Origin: Tepidanaerobacteraceae bacterium
GTDB taxonomy: Bacteria > Bacillota > Thermosediminibacteria > Thermosediminibacterales > Tepidanaerobacteraceae
Direction of reading: 5' to 3'
Length of the DNA: 64,000 bases
NCBI GenBank assembly: GCA_029982615.1
Contig: JARRBK010000004.1
Location: forward strand, 3,822 to 67,821
Position numbers and translations under genes: made by a program
Part shown: positions 19,864 to 28,840 of the stretch, one piece after another
How the letters are laid out: the number at the start of each line of letters is the position of its first letter
Position numbering within the stretch: position 1 is the stretch's first letter
The notes under the pieces: generated by a model
Told to the model about the DNA's origin: nothing
What the model saw: only the letters and a program-made list of their open reading frames with translations
Database searches by the model: none

Positions 19864-21540
19864 ATGAAGAAATTTATCATTGTTATCGCTTCAATGGCAA
19901 TATTCATAGCAGGAACGTTTTCCGCCTCACTGGGCGTGCCGCCGGGATTCAGCCCCGCTGCTGCTCCCCTTCGGTCAGGATACATAGAAGGATTTTTGAA
20001 AAGCAAGGGGCAGAGCATAGAAATAGAAGAATACAGCGGAAGAATGCAGACCATGCCGCTGGCGCCTGGAGCTGTGCTGGAGATAGACGGCATACCCGTA
20101 TCGCTAAACGATTTTCAGCCCGGTATGGAAGTTTATGCAAAATACTCCGGCGGTAGCATTGTTTATTTGGAAGGATATTCCACAGAAAATCCCGGCTATA
20201 TTCCTGCTGGCGGGAAGGTAAGGAGCGGAGTCGTGAAAAAAATAGACAGAAATCAAATTGTACTGAAACTTGCCACTGGGAAGGAAGAGGCATATTTCAC
20301 TTCTCCTGCGACCATCGCGTTGAAAAAAGGCGAGAATGTCCCTTTGAGCACCCTGTGCGAGGGTGACAACGTGAGTCTTTTTTTTGATGAAGCAAATTCC
20401 AATATTGCCAGCAGAATAAAAATTCAGGGGTATTCGTCAAAAATAAAAGGGGTGTACCGGGGAGTGTTGCAGGCAGCGGACGCGCTTGGGGGAACTATTA
20501 CCCTGAGCAATGCTTGCGCTTTGATTAACGGCGAATGGGAGGAAATGCAAGGCATCTTAAACCTTGACGTCTCAGGGGATTTTAAAGCCTTTGCCGGAGG
20601 CTATGAAGTTTCCCCCGAAAATCTGAAGTATTATAAGGGCAAGACCGTTTATCTGGCGATAAAGGACTTTTTCGGCACGGATAAAATTGAGAAAATGGTC
20701 ATAAAGAACCAATACGAGATTGCATATACCGGCAAAATAGAGGAAATAAACTGGTACTCCTGTGTATTTGAGCTTTCCAACAAAAAAAATGTGGGTTTCC
20801 ATGACGGCACTATTATTATAAAAAACGGCAGGATGGTGGATAAATACTCAATTAACCCTGATTCCGACGTTCTGGTGGTGGCCGAAGGCGTGGGTAGTGA
20901 CAATACAGCCGACCTGATTTATGTGTACAACGAAGACATTAACAACTCGAATCCGGGCCAGAACTACCTTTATGCGGGCAGGCTGGATGAAATCGTTGAG
21001 GATAAAGTGGTGCTCCAGGACTTTTATATACTCGACAAAAACGAGTGGGAATCCTTTGATGAAGCCAAAGAATTTTACTATGACGACGATACATTTATTT
21101 ACGATGCGAAGAATCATACTCAGATATCCCGCAAAGAGTTCTATTCAGAAGAATATGCCGTGGACGAAGACAGCTCCTACGCCCGCCGCAACGGGCTGAA
21201 AGATTGGTATGGCTATGTATATGCCGACGGGGACAGGATTATGGCCATATCGGCTCAGAAGAGCATGGATTCGGTGTTGAGCCAGAGAGTAACCACCGGA
21301 ATCGTAGAAACAGTGAAAGACGATGATACCTTTGGCCCCATGCTCACTGTTATAAACGCTGCGGATTGGAGCGCGCGCAAAGACAGCTGGGTGCCGAAAA
21401 CAGTATCAGTGAAAATACTTTTGCAGGACGCCATCATAATCAAAAACGGGAAAGTGGCATCTTGGGAAGATATCAGGCCTCAGGATACGGTTTACGCCGT
21501 AAGGGATGACATATACGGCAAATTCGTTTTAGTTAAGTGA
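19864..21540 (+). CDS. Secreted protein of unknown function with repeated small beta-barrel-like modules
   Basis: Signal peptide MKKFIIVIASMAIFIAGTFSA. The gene starts 4 nt after the upstream stop. The periodicity G.V..ID...I.L....G....Y is repeated. No family recognised. Confidence 0.6.
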   Translation: MKKFIIVIASMAIFIAGTFSASLGVPPGFSPAAAPLRSGYIEGFLKSKGQSIEIEEYSGRMQTMPLAPGAVLEIDGIPVSLNDFQPGMEVYAKYSGGSIVYLEGYSTENPGYIPAGGKVRSGVVKKIDRNQIVLKLATGKEEAYFTSPATIALKKGENVPLSTLCEGDNVSLFFDEANSNIASRIKIQGYSSKIKGVYRGVLQAADALGGTITLSNACALINGEWEEMQGILNLDVSGDFKAFAGGYEVSPENLKYYKGKTVYLAIKDFFGTDKIEKMVIKNQYEIAYTGKIEEINWYSCVFELSNKKNVGFHDGTIIIKNGRMVDKYSINPDSDVLVVAEGVGSDNTADLIYVYNEDINNSNPGQNYLYAGRLDEIVEDKVVLQDFYILDKNEWESFDEAKEFYYDDDTFIYDAKNHTQISRKEFYSEEYAVDEDSSYARRNGLKDWYGYVYADGDRIMAISAQKSMDSVLSQRVTTGIVETVKDDDTFGPMLTVINAADWSARKDSWVPKTVSVKILLQDAIIIKNGKVASWEDIRPQDTVYAVRDDIYGKFVLVK

Positions 21541-21557
21541 TTCGGGGAGTGAATATT

Positions 21558-23054
21558 GTGAAAAGAATCGTAGCCATTTTAATCGCTGTGGCCCTGGCAA
21601 TTCATCCGACTTTTGCATGGGGGGCTCCGGCGGATTTTAACGGCGGCGTAAACAACGAGTACAGGTATGAAGAGGTGGTATTTGTCACCGGTGAGCCTAT
21701 AACCTTTTCAGGCACTGTGAAAATCGATGAAAGGGAAAAGGGCAATATCAAAACCGTGCGCTATCAATTCGACCTGAAAGCGGAGGATTTGAGCGAAAAG
21801 ACCAGGCTCACAAGAAGAATAACCTATGTCACAGAATACGATCCAATAACAGATAAGGGTCAGACCATAGCTGCTACACGCCTGAATGGATTTAGGGAGA
21901 CAATAGAGATAGGTAAGGACAAATACGAGCTGGAGGATTATCAGTTCTCGAAATCCGATGTAATTGATAAAAGGCCAGCCTCGGATTTTTATTCAGGGAA
22001 TTTCAAAGCAAGAAAATATTACACCATAAACAGAGATGAAGGAGAAGTAACGATAGATATTTCCGGTGGAGATGTGGGTTATGAGAATTTCTGGGGCAGC
22101 ACCGAAACGCAGTTGATTGAGTTTTCCATATCGTCAAAGAGAAATATACCGAATGAAGACGATTCCACCACAACAACCGAGCATACGTGGAACGGAACCG
22201 TAAATATCCAGGTATCCGACAGCCAGGTGAAAACCCTCAGCTATGAAAAAAGTGACGTGGATTTATCCAGTTTCATCGGCGGATACATCAGGACCACCAA
22301 TCGCGAGATGGTGTCGAAATATGAATATGATTTGCCGGTGATGAAGGGGAACATACCGGACAATAAAAAAAGGAATAAAGACGATATAAGCCTGTCGTTG
22401 AAGATGGTGCCGAAAGTGGAGCGCCTGATGGTGCCCAAGTTCAGGGATGTACAAGGCCACTGGGCGCAGACGTATATAGAAAAACTCTATTCCCTGGATG
22501 TCTTTGATACGGGAGAAAACTTTTTTGTTCCAGATGCTCCAATGACCAGGGAAAACTTCATAAGGGGAATAATTAGGGCATGCAACATAAGAACCTCTGA
22601 GCAAAATCAGAAAAAAACTTCAAGTTCGCGCAAAAAGACCCCTGAAGTGTCGCCTTTTAAAGATGTATCTCCTGACGACCCCAATTATGAATACATAAAA
22701 GAAGCCCTGAGCAAGGGCATTATAACCGGCGCTGCCAAGGATTTATTCAAGCCCAAAGAACCCCTCACCAGAGCTCAGGCGATAACCATACTGATCAGGG
22801 CCCTGGGATTTGCCGGCAAAGCCCCGAATCCCGGATATTACACCGACTTTTCTGATGACGACAAAATACCCTCCTGGGCAAAAGACAGCATATACGTGGC
22901 AAGGGAAATAAATCTCATAGAAGGCGACAGCTACAACCGTGTAAATCCTGACAAAGCAATGACCCGGGCCGAAGCTTCAGCCATGCTGGTGCGCTTTCTT
23001 GAGTTTTTGCAAAAGGATTTGCAGAAAGACTACCGCGAAAACATCATCTTTTAA
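21558..23054 (+). CDS. S-layer-homology (SLH) domain cell-wall-anchored protein
   Basis: GTG start after GGGGAG and signal peptide VKRIVAILIAVALAIHPTFAWGAP. Three C-terminal SLH repeats are present (FRDVQGHWAQTYIEKL..., FKDVSPDDPNYEYIKEAL..., FSDDDKIPSWAKDSIYVA...). Confidence 0.8.
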   Translation: MKRIVAILIAVALAIHPTFAWGAPADFNGGVNNEYRYEEVVFVTGEPITFSGTVKIDEREKGNIKTVRYQFDLKAEDLSEKTRLTRRITYVTEYDPITDKGQTIAATRLNGFRETIEIGKDKYELEDYQFSKSDVIDKRPASDFYSGNFKARKYYTINRDEGEVTIDISGGDVGYENFWGSTETQLIEFSISSKRNIPNEDDSTTTTEHTWNGTVNIQVSDSQVKTLSYEKSDVDLSSFIGGYIRTTNREMVSKYEYDLPVMKGNIPDNKKRNKDDISLSLKMVPKVERLMVPKFRDVQGHWAQTYIEKLYSLDVFDTGENFFVPDAPMTRENFIRGIIRACNIRTSEQNQKKTSSSRKKTPEVSPFKDVSPDDPNYEYIKEALSKGIITGAAKDLFKPKEPLTRAQAITILIRALGFAGKAPNPGYYTDFSDDDKIPSWAKDSIYVAREINLIEGDSYNRVNPDKAMTRAEASAMLVRFLEFLQKDLQKDYRENIIF

Positions 23055-23063
23055 TAGATAAAA

Positions 23064-24233
23064 TCAAAAACAGCGCACTTTCGCGACTTTCGCCCCGAAC
23101 ATTTCGATGCGGTTTAACGCTTCATTTATATTTTCCATGGAAGTGGCGTAGGAGCAACGCACATGCCCGCGGCCGCTCGAGCCGAAGGCGCTGCCCGGCA
23201 CAACTGCCACCTTTGCCTTTTTAAGGAGGTTTTCGGCAAATTCTTCATCCGAAAACCCGGTCTGGCTCACCCGGGGAAAAACGTAAAATGCTCCTTGGGG
23301 TTCTGGCACTTCGAATCCCAAATCCCTCAAGCCCTGGCAAATAGCTTTTCTCCTTTTATCATATTCATCCGCCATGCGCTTTACATCAAGCTCCCCGCTG
23401 CATAAAGCCTCCAGTGCCGCTGCCTGGCTTATGGTGGGCGGGCACATAACCCTGTACTGGTGGACTTTGCGGGCCTGCTGCACTCCGTCTTCCGGGCCGC
23501 ACAGATATCCTATGCGCCACCCGGTCATGGCGAAGGCTTTTGAAAAACCGCCGATGACAAAAGTGCGATCCTTCATCCCTGGCAGAGATGCTATGCTGGT
23601 ATGCCTTATTCCGTACGTGAGCTCCGCATATACCTCGTCTGATATCACAGCTAAATCGTATTTTTTGGCAAACTCCGCAATGGGTTCCAGGTCCCCATAA
23701 GTCATAACCGCGCCGGTGGGATTATTGGGATACGACAACAAAAGCGCCCTGGTCTTGGGAGTAATATTTTTCTCCAAGTCTTCCACCATCAACTTAAAAC
23801 CGTGCTGAGCAGAAGTGGGCACCATTTTCGGCACGCCGCCGCAAAGCGCGGTACAGGGAGCGTATGAAACGAAGCAGGGTTCTGGGATGAGCACCTCCTC
23901 TCCTGGCGAGATTATAGTTGCAATGGAAATGTCTATTGCTTCGCTCGCTCCCACTGTAATTATTATTTCTCCCTCGGGATTGTATCCTAACCCGAAGCGT
24001 TTTTTCAGATATTCCGACAGCTTCCTCCTCAGAGCAAGGCTTCCGTCATTGGACGTATAATGGGTATCGCCGCAGGCTATGCTTTTTTCCGCTGCTCGAA
24101 GTATAGTGCCGGGGGTTACAAAGTCTGGTTCTCCCACCCCCAGGGAAATCACTTCAGGGTCATTTTCCGCTAAATCAAAAAATTTTCTGATGCCCGAAGG
24201 CTTTAAATTCTGAACCACGCTTGAAATGCGCAT
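23064..24233 (-). CDS. Class I/II pyridoxal-phosphate aminotransferase (AspC/PatA-like)
   Basis: Motifs SGIRKFFDL, GEPDF, YPNNPTG and GFSKAFAMTGWRIGY (PLP lysine motif SKxxxMTGWR) are present. The start is the ATG (MRISSV) after GGAGGAA, not the ORF-track start. Confidence 0.9.
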   Translation of the reverse strand: MRISSVVQNLKPSGIRKFFDLAENDPEVISLGVGEPDFVTPGTILRAAEKSIACGDTHYTSNDGSLALRRKLSEYLKKRFGLGYNPEGEIIITVGASEAIDISIATIISPGEEVLIPEPCFVSYAPCTALCGGVPKMVPTSAQHGFKLMVEDLEKNITPKTRALLLSYPNNPTGAVMTYGDLEPIAEFAKKYDLAVISDEVYAELTYGIRHTSIASLPGMKDRTFVIGGFSKAFAMTGWRIGYLCGPEDGVQQARKVHQYRVMCPPTISQAAALEALCSGELDVKRMADEYDKRRKAICQGLRDLGFEVPEPQGAFYVFPRVSQTGFSDEEFAENLLKKAKVAVVPGSAFGSSGRGHVRCSYATSMENINEALNRIEMFGAKVAKVRCF

Positions 24234-24340
24234 TTTGGATTCCTCCTGAAAATTTGGTGATTGCACCAATGGGTCATTTGCTGGTGAACGCTTTTTGTTT
24301 GCTTCAAGCCTGAGATACCACAGCACCGGAGCTTTTACCG

Positions 24341-24452
24341 AAAAAAATCCGCCCCATAAAAAGGGACGGATTCCGCGGTACCACCCTAGTTGAACTCCGA
24401 CTCAGACCGGATGGCTTGCCGCGCCGAATAAAATCATATCGGTAATAAATGC
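24341..24452 (-). promoter_or_regulatory. Second, Stem-I-less T-box antiterminator/terminator unit
   Basis: On the minus strand: T-box sequence CUAGGGUGGUACCGCGG (24389-24373) and terminator AAUCCGUCCC-UUUUUAU-GGGGCGGAUUUUUUU (24372-24341). Only about 65 nt separate it from the first terminator. Confidence 0.6.
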
Positions 24453-24700
24453 AAAAAACCTCGCCCCTAAGGGACGAGGTTTACTCGCGGTACCACCCTG
24501 GTTGAGCCGAAGCTCCACCTCATTTGGATAACGGTAAAACAACCGGCTGGGCTTACTGGAAAACACCGTTCAGCCTGCAGCTCAGGAGCGGCCCGAAGTC
24601 ATCTACCTGCCGGCTTTCACCTTCCCCGGCTCTCTTTTGAGGCGTTATGACTCCTTCTTCTCCGTCATGGCTTTTAAAATCCATTATTTTAAAATCTTAT
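24453..24700 (-). promoter_or_regulatory. T-box riboswitch leader (complete: Stem I, F-box, T-box sequence, terminator)
   Basis: On the minus strand: AGAGA bulge; distal hairpin GCCGG-GGAAGGUGAAAG-CCGGC; F-box CCGUUA; CCAGGGUGGUACCGCG (24501-24486); terminator AAACCUCGUCCC-UUA-GGGGCGAGGUUUUUU (24482-24453). Confidence 0.85.
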
Positions 24701-24761
24701 TTCTTTATAAAATACCATTTTCGATTAAAAAAGTCAAGTATTAATTTTAAATACTACATTG

Positions 24762-26126
24762 TTAATTGGTGAGGCTCTGGATGGGAGGCGGTATTTGCCC
24801 TCCCCGCCTTATGAACACCGAAGCGTCAAAAGTGTTTACACGCATGACAGGAGCGCGGCCCAGCAGTCCACCGAATTCCACAAAGTCCCCGGCTTTTTTT
24901 CCGGGAGCAGGGATTATCCTCACCGCAGTGGTTTTCCTGTTAATTACTCCGATAGCCATCTCATCGGCAATAACAGCTGATATGGTTTCTTCGGGAGTGT
25001 CTCCCGGGATGGCTATCATGTCCAGGCCCACGGAACACACGCAGGTCATGGCTTCCAGTTTTTCCAGCGTGAGGGCGCCTTCGGAGGCGGCCCTTATCAT
25101 TCCGGCGTCTTCACTCACTGGGATAAAAGCTCCCGAAAGCCCGCCTACATAAGATGTAGCCATGGCCCCGCCTTTTTTTACGGCGTCGTTCAAAAGTGCC
25201 AGGGCTGCAGTGGTGCCAGGCGCCCCACAACGTTCCAGGCCCATGGCTTCCAGTATGTTTGCGATGCTGTCGCCCACAGCAGGTGTGGGTGCAAGGGATA
25301 AATCAATTATGCCGAAAGAGGCACCCAGCCTCCTGGCAGCTTCCCTTCCTATGAGTTCTCCTGCCCTGGTTATCTTGAAAGCCATGCGCTTTACGGCTTC
25401 CGAAAGCTCTCCGAAATCCGCGTCCTTTGGAAGCCTTCTCACTACGGTGTTGACCACTCCGGGCCCGCTGATTCCTATATTTACTGCGGTTTCCGGCTCC
25501 CCCGGCCCGTGGAAAGCCCCTGCCATGAAAGGGTTGTCCTCCACGGCATTGGCAAACACCACCAGCTTGGCACAGCCTATGCCATCATCTGCAGCGGTGA
25601 GCTCTGCGGTCCGCTTTATAATGCGGCCCATGGCCCTTACCGCATCCATGTTTATACCAGCTCTGCTTGAGGCCACATTTACGGAAGAGCAGACCTTGCT
25701 GGTGGAAGAAAGGGCATCCGGGATAGAGTTGATCAGGTTTATATCGCCTTTTGTGAATCCCTTCTGCACCATGGCGGAAAATCCCCCTATAAAGTCTATT
25801 CCCAATTCTTCCGCCGCCCTGTCCATGGCCAGGGCAATGGGCGTATAGTCCTTTTCGCGCGAACTTTCCGCCACCATGGCTATGGGGGTCACGGATATCC
25901 TTTTATTTATGATGGGAATGCCGAATTCCGTTTCCAGCTTTCGGGCTACCGGCACCAGTTCGCATCCGGCGGACAAAAGTTTATCGTAAACCTTGCGGGC
26001 CGCAGCTTCAATACTGTCTGCTGCACAATCGCGAAGGCTGACTCCCAGCGTTATGGTCCTTATATCCAGATTTTCTGCCTGCACCATGCGGATAGTTTCA
26101 ATTATCTCATCTCGAGTGAAATTCAT
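24762..26126 (-). CDS. UPF0210 (DUF711, PFL-like) family protein
   Basis: [31 protein letters not shown]... and the length (454 aa) match UPF0210 proteins, which characteristically pair with a small ACT-domain (UPF0237) gene. Confidence 0.8.
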   Translation of the reverse strand: MNFTRDEIIETIRMVQAENLDIRTITLGVSLRDCAADSIEAAARKVYDKLLSAGCELVPVARKLETEFGIPIINKRISVTPIAMVAESSREKDYTPIALAMDRAAEELGIDFIGGFSAMVQKGFTKGDINLINSIPDALSSTSKVCSSVNVASSRAGINMDAVRAMGRIIKRTAELTAADDGIGCAKLVVFANAVEDNPFMAGAFHGPGEPETAVNIGISGPGVVNTVVRRLPKDADFGELSEAVKRMAFKITRAGELIGREAARRLGASFGIIDLSLAPTPAVGDSIANILEAMGLERCGAPGTTAALALLNDAVKKGGAMATSYVGGLSGAFIPVSEDAGMIRAASEGALTLEKLEAMTCVCSVGLDMIAIPGDTPEETISAVIADEMAIGVINRKTTAVRIIPAPGKKAGDFVEFGGLLGRAPVMRVNTFDASVFIRRGGQIPPPIQSLTN

Positions 26127-26294
26127 AATAGTCCTCCCACAAAAAGATTGTATCTTAGGCCAGCATTTTCCCTAAAGCGACTTGTGTAGCATAGGTAACG
26201 GCACTAAACCGGCCTCTTGAGGTGGGGCAACACCAAAGAAAACTGTAAAGTGAGACAACAAGTCAAACGGCAGGTTTCGGGTATTGCTCTCTTC

Positions 26295-26744
26295 TCATAT
26301 CCTGTGCATGAAATGAAATACTTCTTCCCTCTGGGCATCAACCCTTACGCAAAGCTTTTCGCCGCGCAACGCCAGCTGCTCTTTCAATTCTTCGAAGCTG
26401 GCGGAGGATTTTGTGATATCCACCACCATTATCATGGTAAAGAGGCCTTCTATAGCTGTCTGCGTGATATCCAGTATATTTACGTTATTTTTTGCCAGAA
26501 CATCGGATATGCCGGCGATAATACCTACTCTGTCTTCGCCTACCACAGAAATTACCGCCTTTTGGCCGGAAGTGCCGTTTAAAAGTGAAGGTTGAGGTAG
26601 CTTTTCTTCTCCCACATATATTTCTATTCCCTTTTTGGCGGCATAAACCCTGGCCTCCCTGGTGACCAAAGTATCCGGTGGAAAACGGAGTAATTTTTCT
26701 TCTTCCAGGTTTTTTAAAGAATCCAGAGTTACCAATATTTCCAT
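26295..26744 (-). CDS. ACT-domain protein (UPF0237-like) with a ~55-aa N-terminal extension
   Basis: The C-terminal 90 aa (KAVISVVGEDRVGIIAGISDVLAKNNVNILDITQTAIEGLFTMIMVVD) form the UPF0237 ACT module. There is no in-frame start near the module boundary. Confidence 0.7.
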   Translation of the reverse strand: MEILVTLDSLKNLEEEKLLRFPPDTLVTREARVYAAKKGIEIYVGEEKLPQPSLLNGTSGQKAVISVVGEDRVGIIAGISDVLAKNNVNILDITQTAIEGLFTMIMVVDITKSSASFEELKEQLALRGEKLCVRVDAQREEVFHFMHRI

Positions 26745-26783
26745 AATATTACCCGCCTTTCAATCCAAGTCGATTTTTTTTCT

Positions 26784-26812
26784 AGTATAAAATAAAAATC
26801 GAGGGTCGGCAA
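26784..26812 (-). promoter_or_regulatory. Candidate sigma-A promoter for the ACT/UPF0210 pair
   Basis: On the minus strand: TTGCCG (26812-26807), a 17-nt spacer, then TATACT (26789-26784). Confidence 0.35.
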
Positions 26813-26976
26813 GTTTTTTTAATTGTAAGTTTTTTCTTTGTGTGAAGTGGATGGTTTTATTTTTATACCATAATGCAGTTTAATGGAGTTTGAATCATAA
26901 AAAAGGTATTTGCAACAAAAAATAAAAAGAGACTTCGCGATTACAAAACAATATATAACAAAGGCGGAATAATGCG

Positions 26977-27198
26977 ATGACAAAAATAATACAAGCGCTG
27001 ACGGGTTATTTGAAAGGGAATGTCACCCTGGGCACGGTGGCGGTCTTTATGGCTGCAGGGCTTTATATTCTGGCAATTGACTGTGCTGACCTAAAAAACA
27101 AGGGGCTGAAAAAGGAACTGGCCGCTGCCAGGATAATAGGCGTGCTCTATATTTTTGGTTCAGCAATCGTATTTATAATATCCCGATATATACTGTAA
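26977..27198 (+). CDS. Small two-TM membrane protein, function unknown
   Basis: 73 aa with two hydrophobic segments and a weak RBS (AAGGCGGA). It sits directly upstream of the germinant receptor operon. Confidence 0.45.
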   Translation: MTKIIQALTGYLKGNVTLGTVAVFMAAGLYILAIDCADLKNKGLKKELAAARIIGVLYIFGSAIVFIISRYIL

Positions 27199-27232
27199 TT
27201 AACATGCTTTTATGAATAGGGCAGGTGACGAT

Positions 27233-28840
27233 ATGACTAACGTGTTTTCAAAACTGTTTTCTGGCAAAAAGCGGGATATCTATTTTGAAATGGATATCTC
27301 CCCGGATAAAAATAAAAAACTAAAAAAAAATATTAAAGAAAACGAAAAGCAAATTCACGAATACTTGTACGACTGCGACGACGTCATAACCAGGGATTTT
27401 TACATGGGTCAAATGCAGAAGCACGAGATGGCTCTTATGTATATAGATGGCATGGTAAACAAAAATGACGTGCAGGAGCAAATTATGAAATCGCTCATGC
27501 TGCTTTGCCGCAATTCTCCATTGGAATATACCCTGGGCCAGAACTTTTTCAACATGGTGAAAGAAGGTTTGCTGACCGCAGCCGACGTAAAAGAAGTGGA
27601 CAATTTCGGCGAGGTGGTGCTGGGGATTTTGTCGGGGGATACAATACTTTTTATTGATAAATTTGAAAAAGCATTGATAATAAGCACCCGCGGCTGGGAA
27701 AAGCGCGGTGTGCAGGAGCCCACCACTGAAGCCGTAATCCGGGGCCCCAGGGATGGATTTACAGAAACATACAGGGTAAACATTGCCCTTATACGGCGTC
27801 GGATAAAAGATCCGAACCTCAAGGTAAAAACCATAAAACTGGGGCGGCACACTCGTACTGATGTGGGGGTGCTTTTCATCCAGGGAGTAGCCAATCCCAA
27901 CATTGTGGATGAAGTTTTAAAGAGACTCAACACCATAGATATGGCGGGAGTGTTGGAGAGCGGATATATCGAACAAATGATTGAGGGGGATTGGCTTTCA
28001 CCCTTTCCCCAGCTCCGGCGCACCGAAAGGCCTGATGTGGTTGCGGCAGCGCTCATGGAGGGCAATGTGGTAATAGTAACCGACAACACCCCTTTTGTGC
28101 TTCTGTGCCCCACTACCTTGCTCAGCCTTTTACAGTCGCCGGAAGATTACTACGAGCGCTGGTACATCGCCTCTATGATTAGGCTTTTGCGCTTTACAGC
28201 AGCTTTTTTTGCCATGACTTTTCCAGCGCTGTATATAGCCATGACCGCCTTCCATCCCGGGATGCTCCCCACAGATCTTGCACTTTCCATTGCTGCCACC
28301 CGGGAGGGAGTTCCGTTTTCCGCTGTAGTGGAAGCCCTTGTAATGGTCTTTTCTCTAGAGGTGCTGAGAGAAGCAGGCGTGAGGCTGCCCGGTCCCATAG
28401 GCCAGACCATCGGCATTGTTGGGGGCCTCGTGGTGGGCGAGGCGGCGGTAAGGGCTGGCATTGTGAGCCCTATCATGGTAATTGTCGTGGCTGTAAATGC
28501 CATATCGTCCTTTGCCATACCAAACTACAGCTTGGCCATAGGCTTCCGGCTGCTCACATTTATATTCATATTTCTTGCAGCCTTAGCAGGACTTTATGGC
28601 GTCATGCTGGGGCTTTTGTGGCTGACCGTACACCTGGTGAGCTTGAAGAGTTTCGGAGTGCACTATCTCTCTCCGTTTGTATCTTTCAGGTTTTCCGAAG
28701 GCAAGGATTTTGTGGTGCGTGGCCCCATGCCTTCGATGGAGATAAGGCCGGGATATACCAGGCCAGAGGATATGGACAGGATTAATGACAGGCGCCACGA
28801 CAATATGGAAAAGGCAGAGGATGAAAATGCTGACAAATAA
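27233..28840 (+). CDS. Spore germination receptor subunit A (GerA/GerKA family)
   Basis: It has the typical GerAA architecture, with a soluble N-terminal domain (IDGMVNK..., RGWEKRGVQEPTTEAVIRGPRDGFTE) and a C-terminal membrane domain. The ATG follows AGGTGA. Confidence 0.85.
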   Translation: MTNVFSKLFSGKKRDIYFEMDISPDKNKKLKKNIKENEKQIHEYLYDCDDVITRDFYMGQMQKHEMALMYIDGMVNKNDVQEQIMKSLMLLCRNSPLEYTLGQNFFNMVKEGLLTAADVKEVDNFGEVVLGILSGDTILFIDKFEKALIISTRGWEKRGVQEPTTEAVIRGPRDGFTETYRVNIALIRRRIKDPNLKVKTIKLGRHTRTDVGVLFIQGVANPNIVDEVLKRLNTIDMAGVLESGYIEQMIEGDWLSPFPQLRRTERPDVVAAALMEGNVVIVTDNTPFVLLCPTTLLSLLQSPEDYYERWYIASMIRLLRFTAAFFAMTFPALYIAMTAFHPGMLPTDLALSIAATREGVPFSAVVEALVMVFSLEVLREAGVRLPGPIGQTIGIVGGLVVGEAAVRAGIVSPIMVIVVAVNAISSFAIPNYSLAIGFRLLTFIFIFLAALAGLYGVMLGLLWLTVHLVSLKSFGVHYLSPFVSFRFSEGKDFVVRGPMPSMEIRPGYTRPEDMDRINDRRHDNMEKAEDENADK

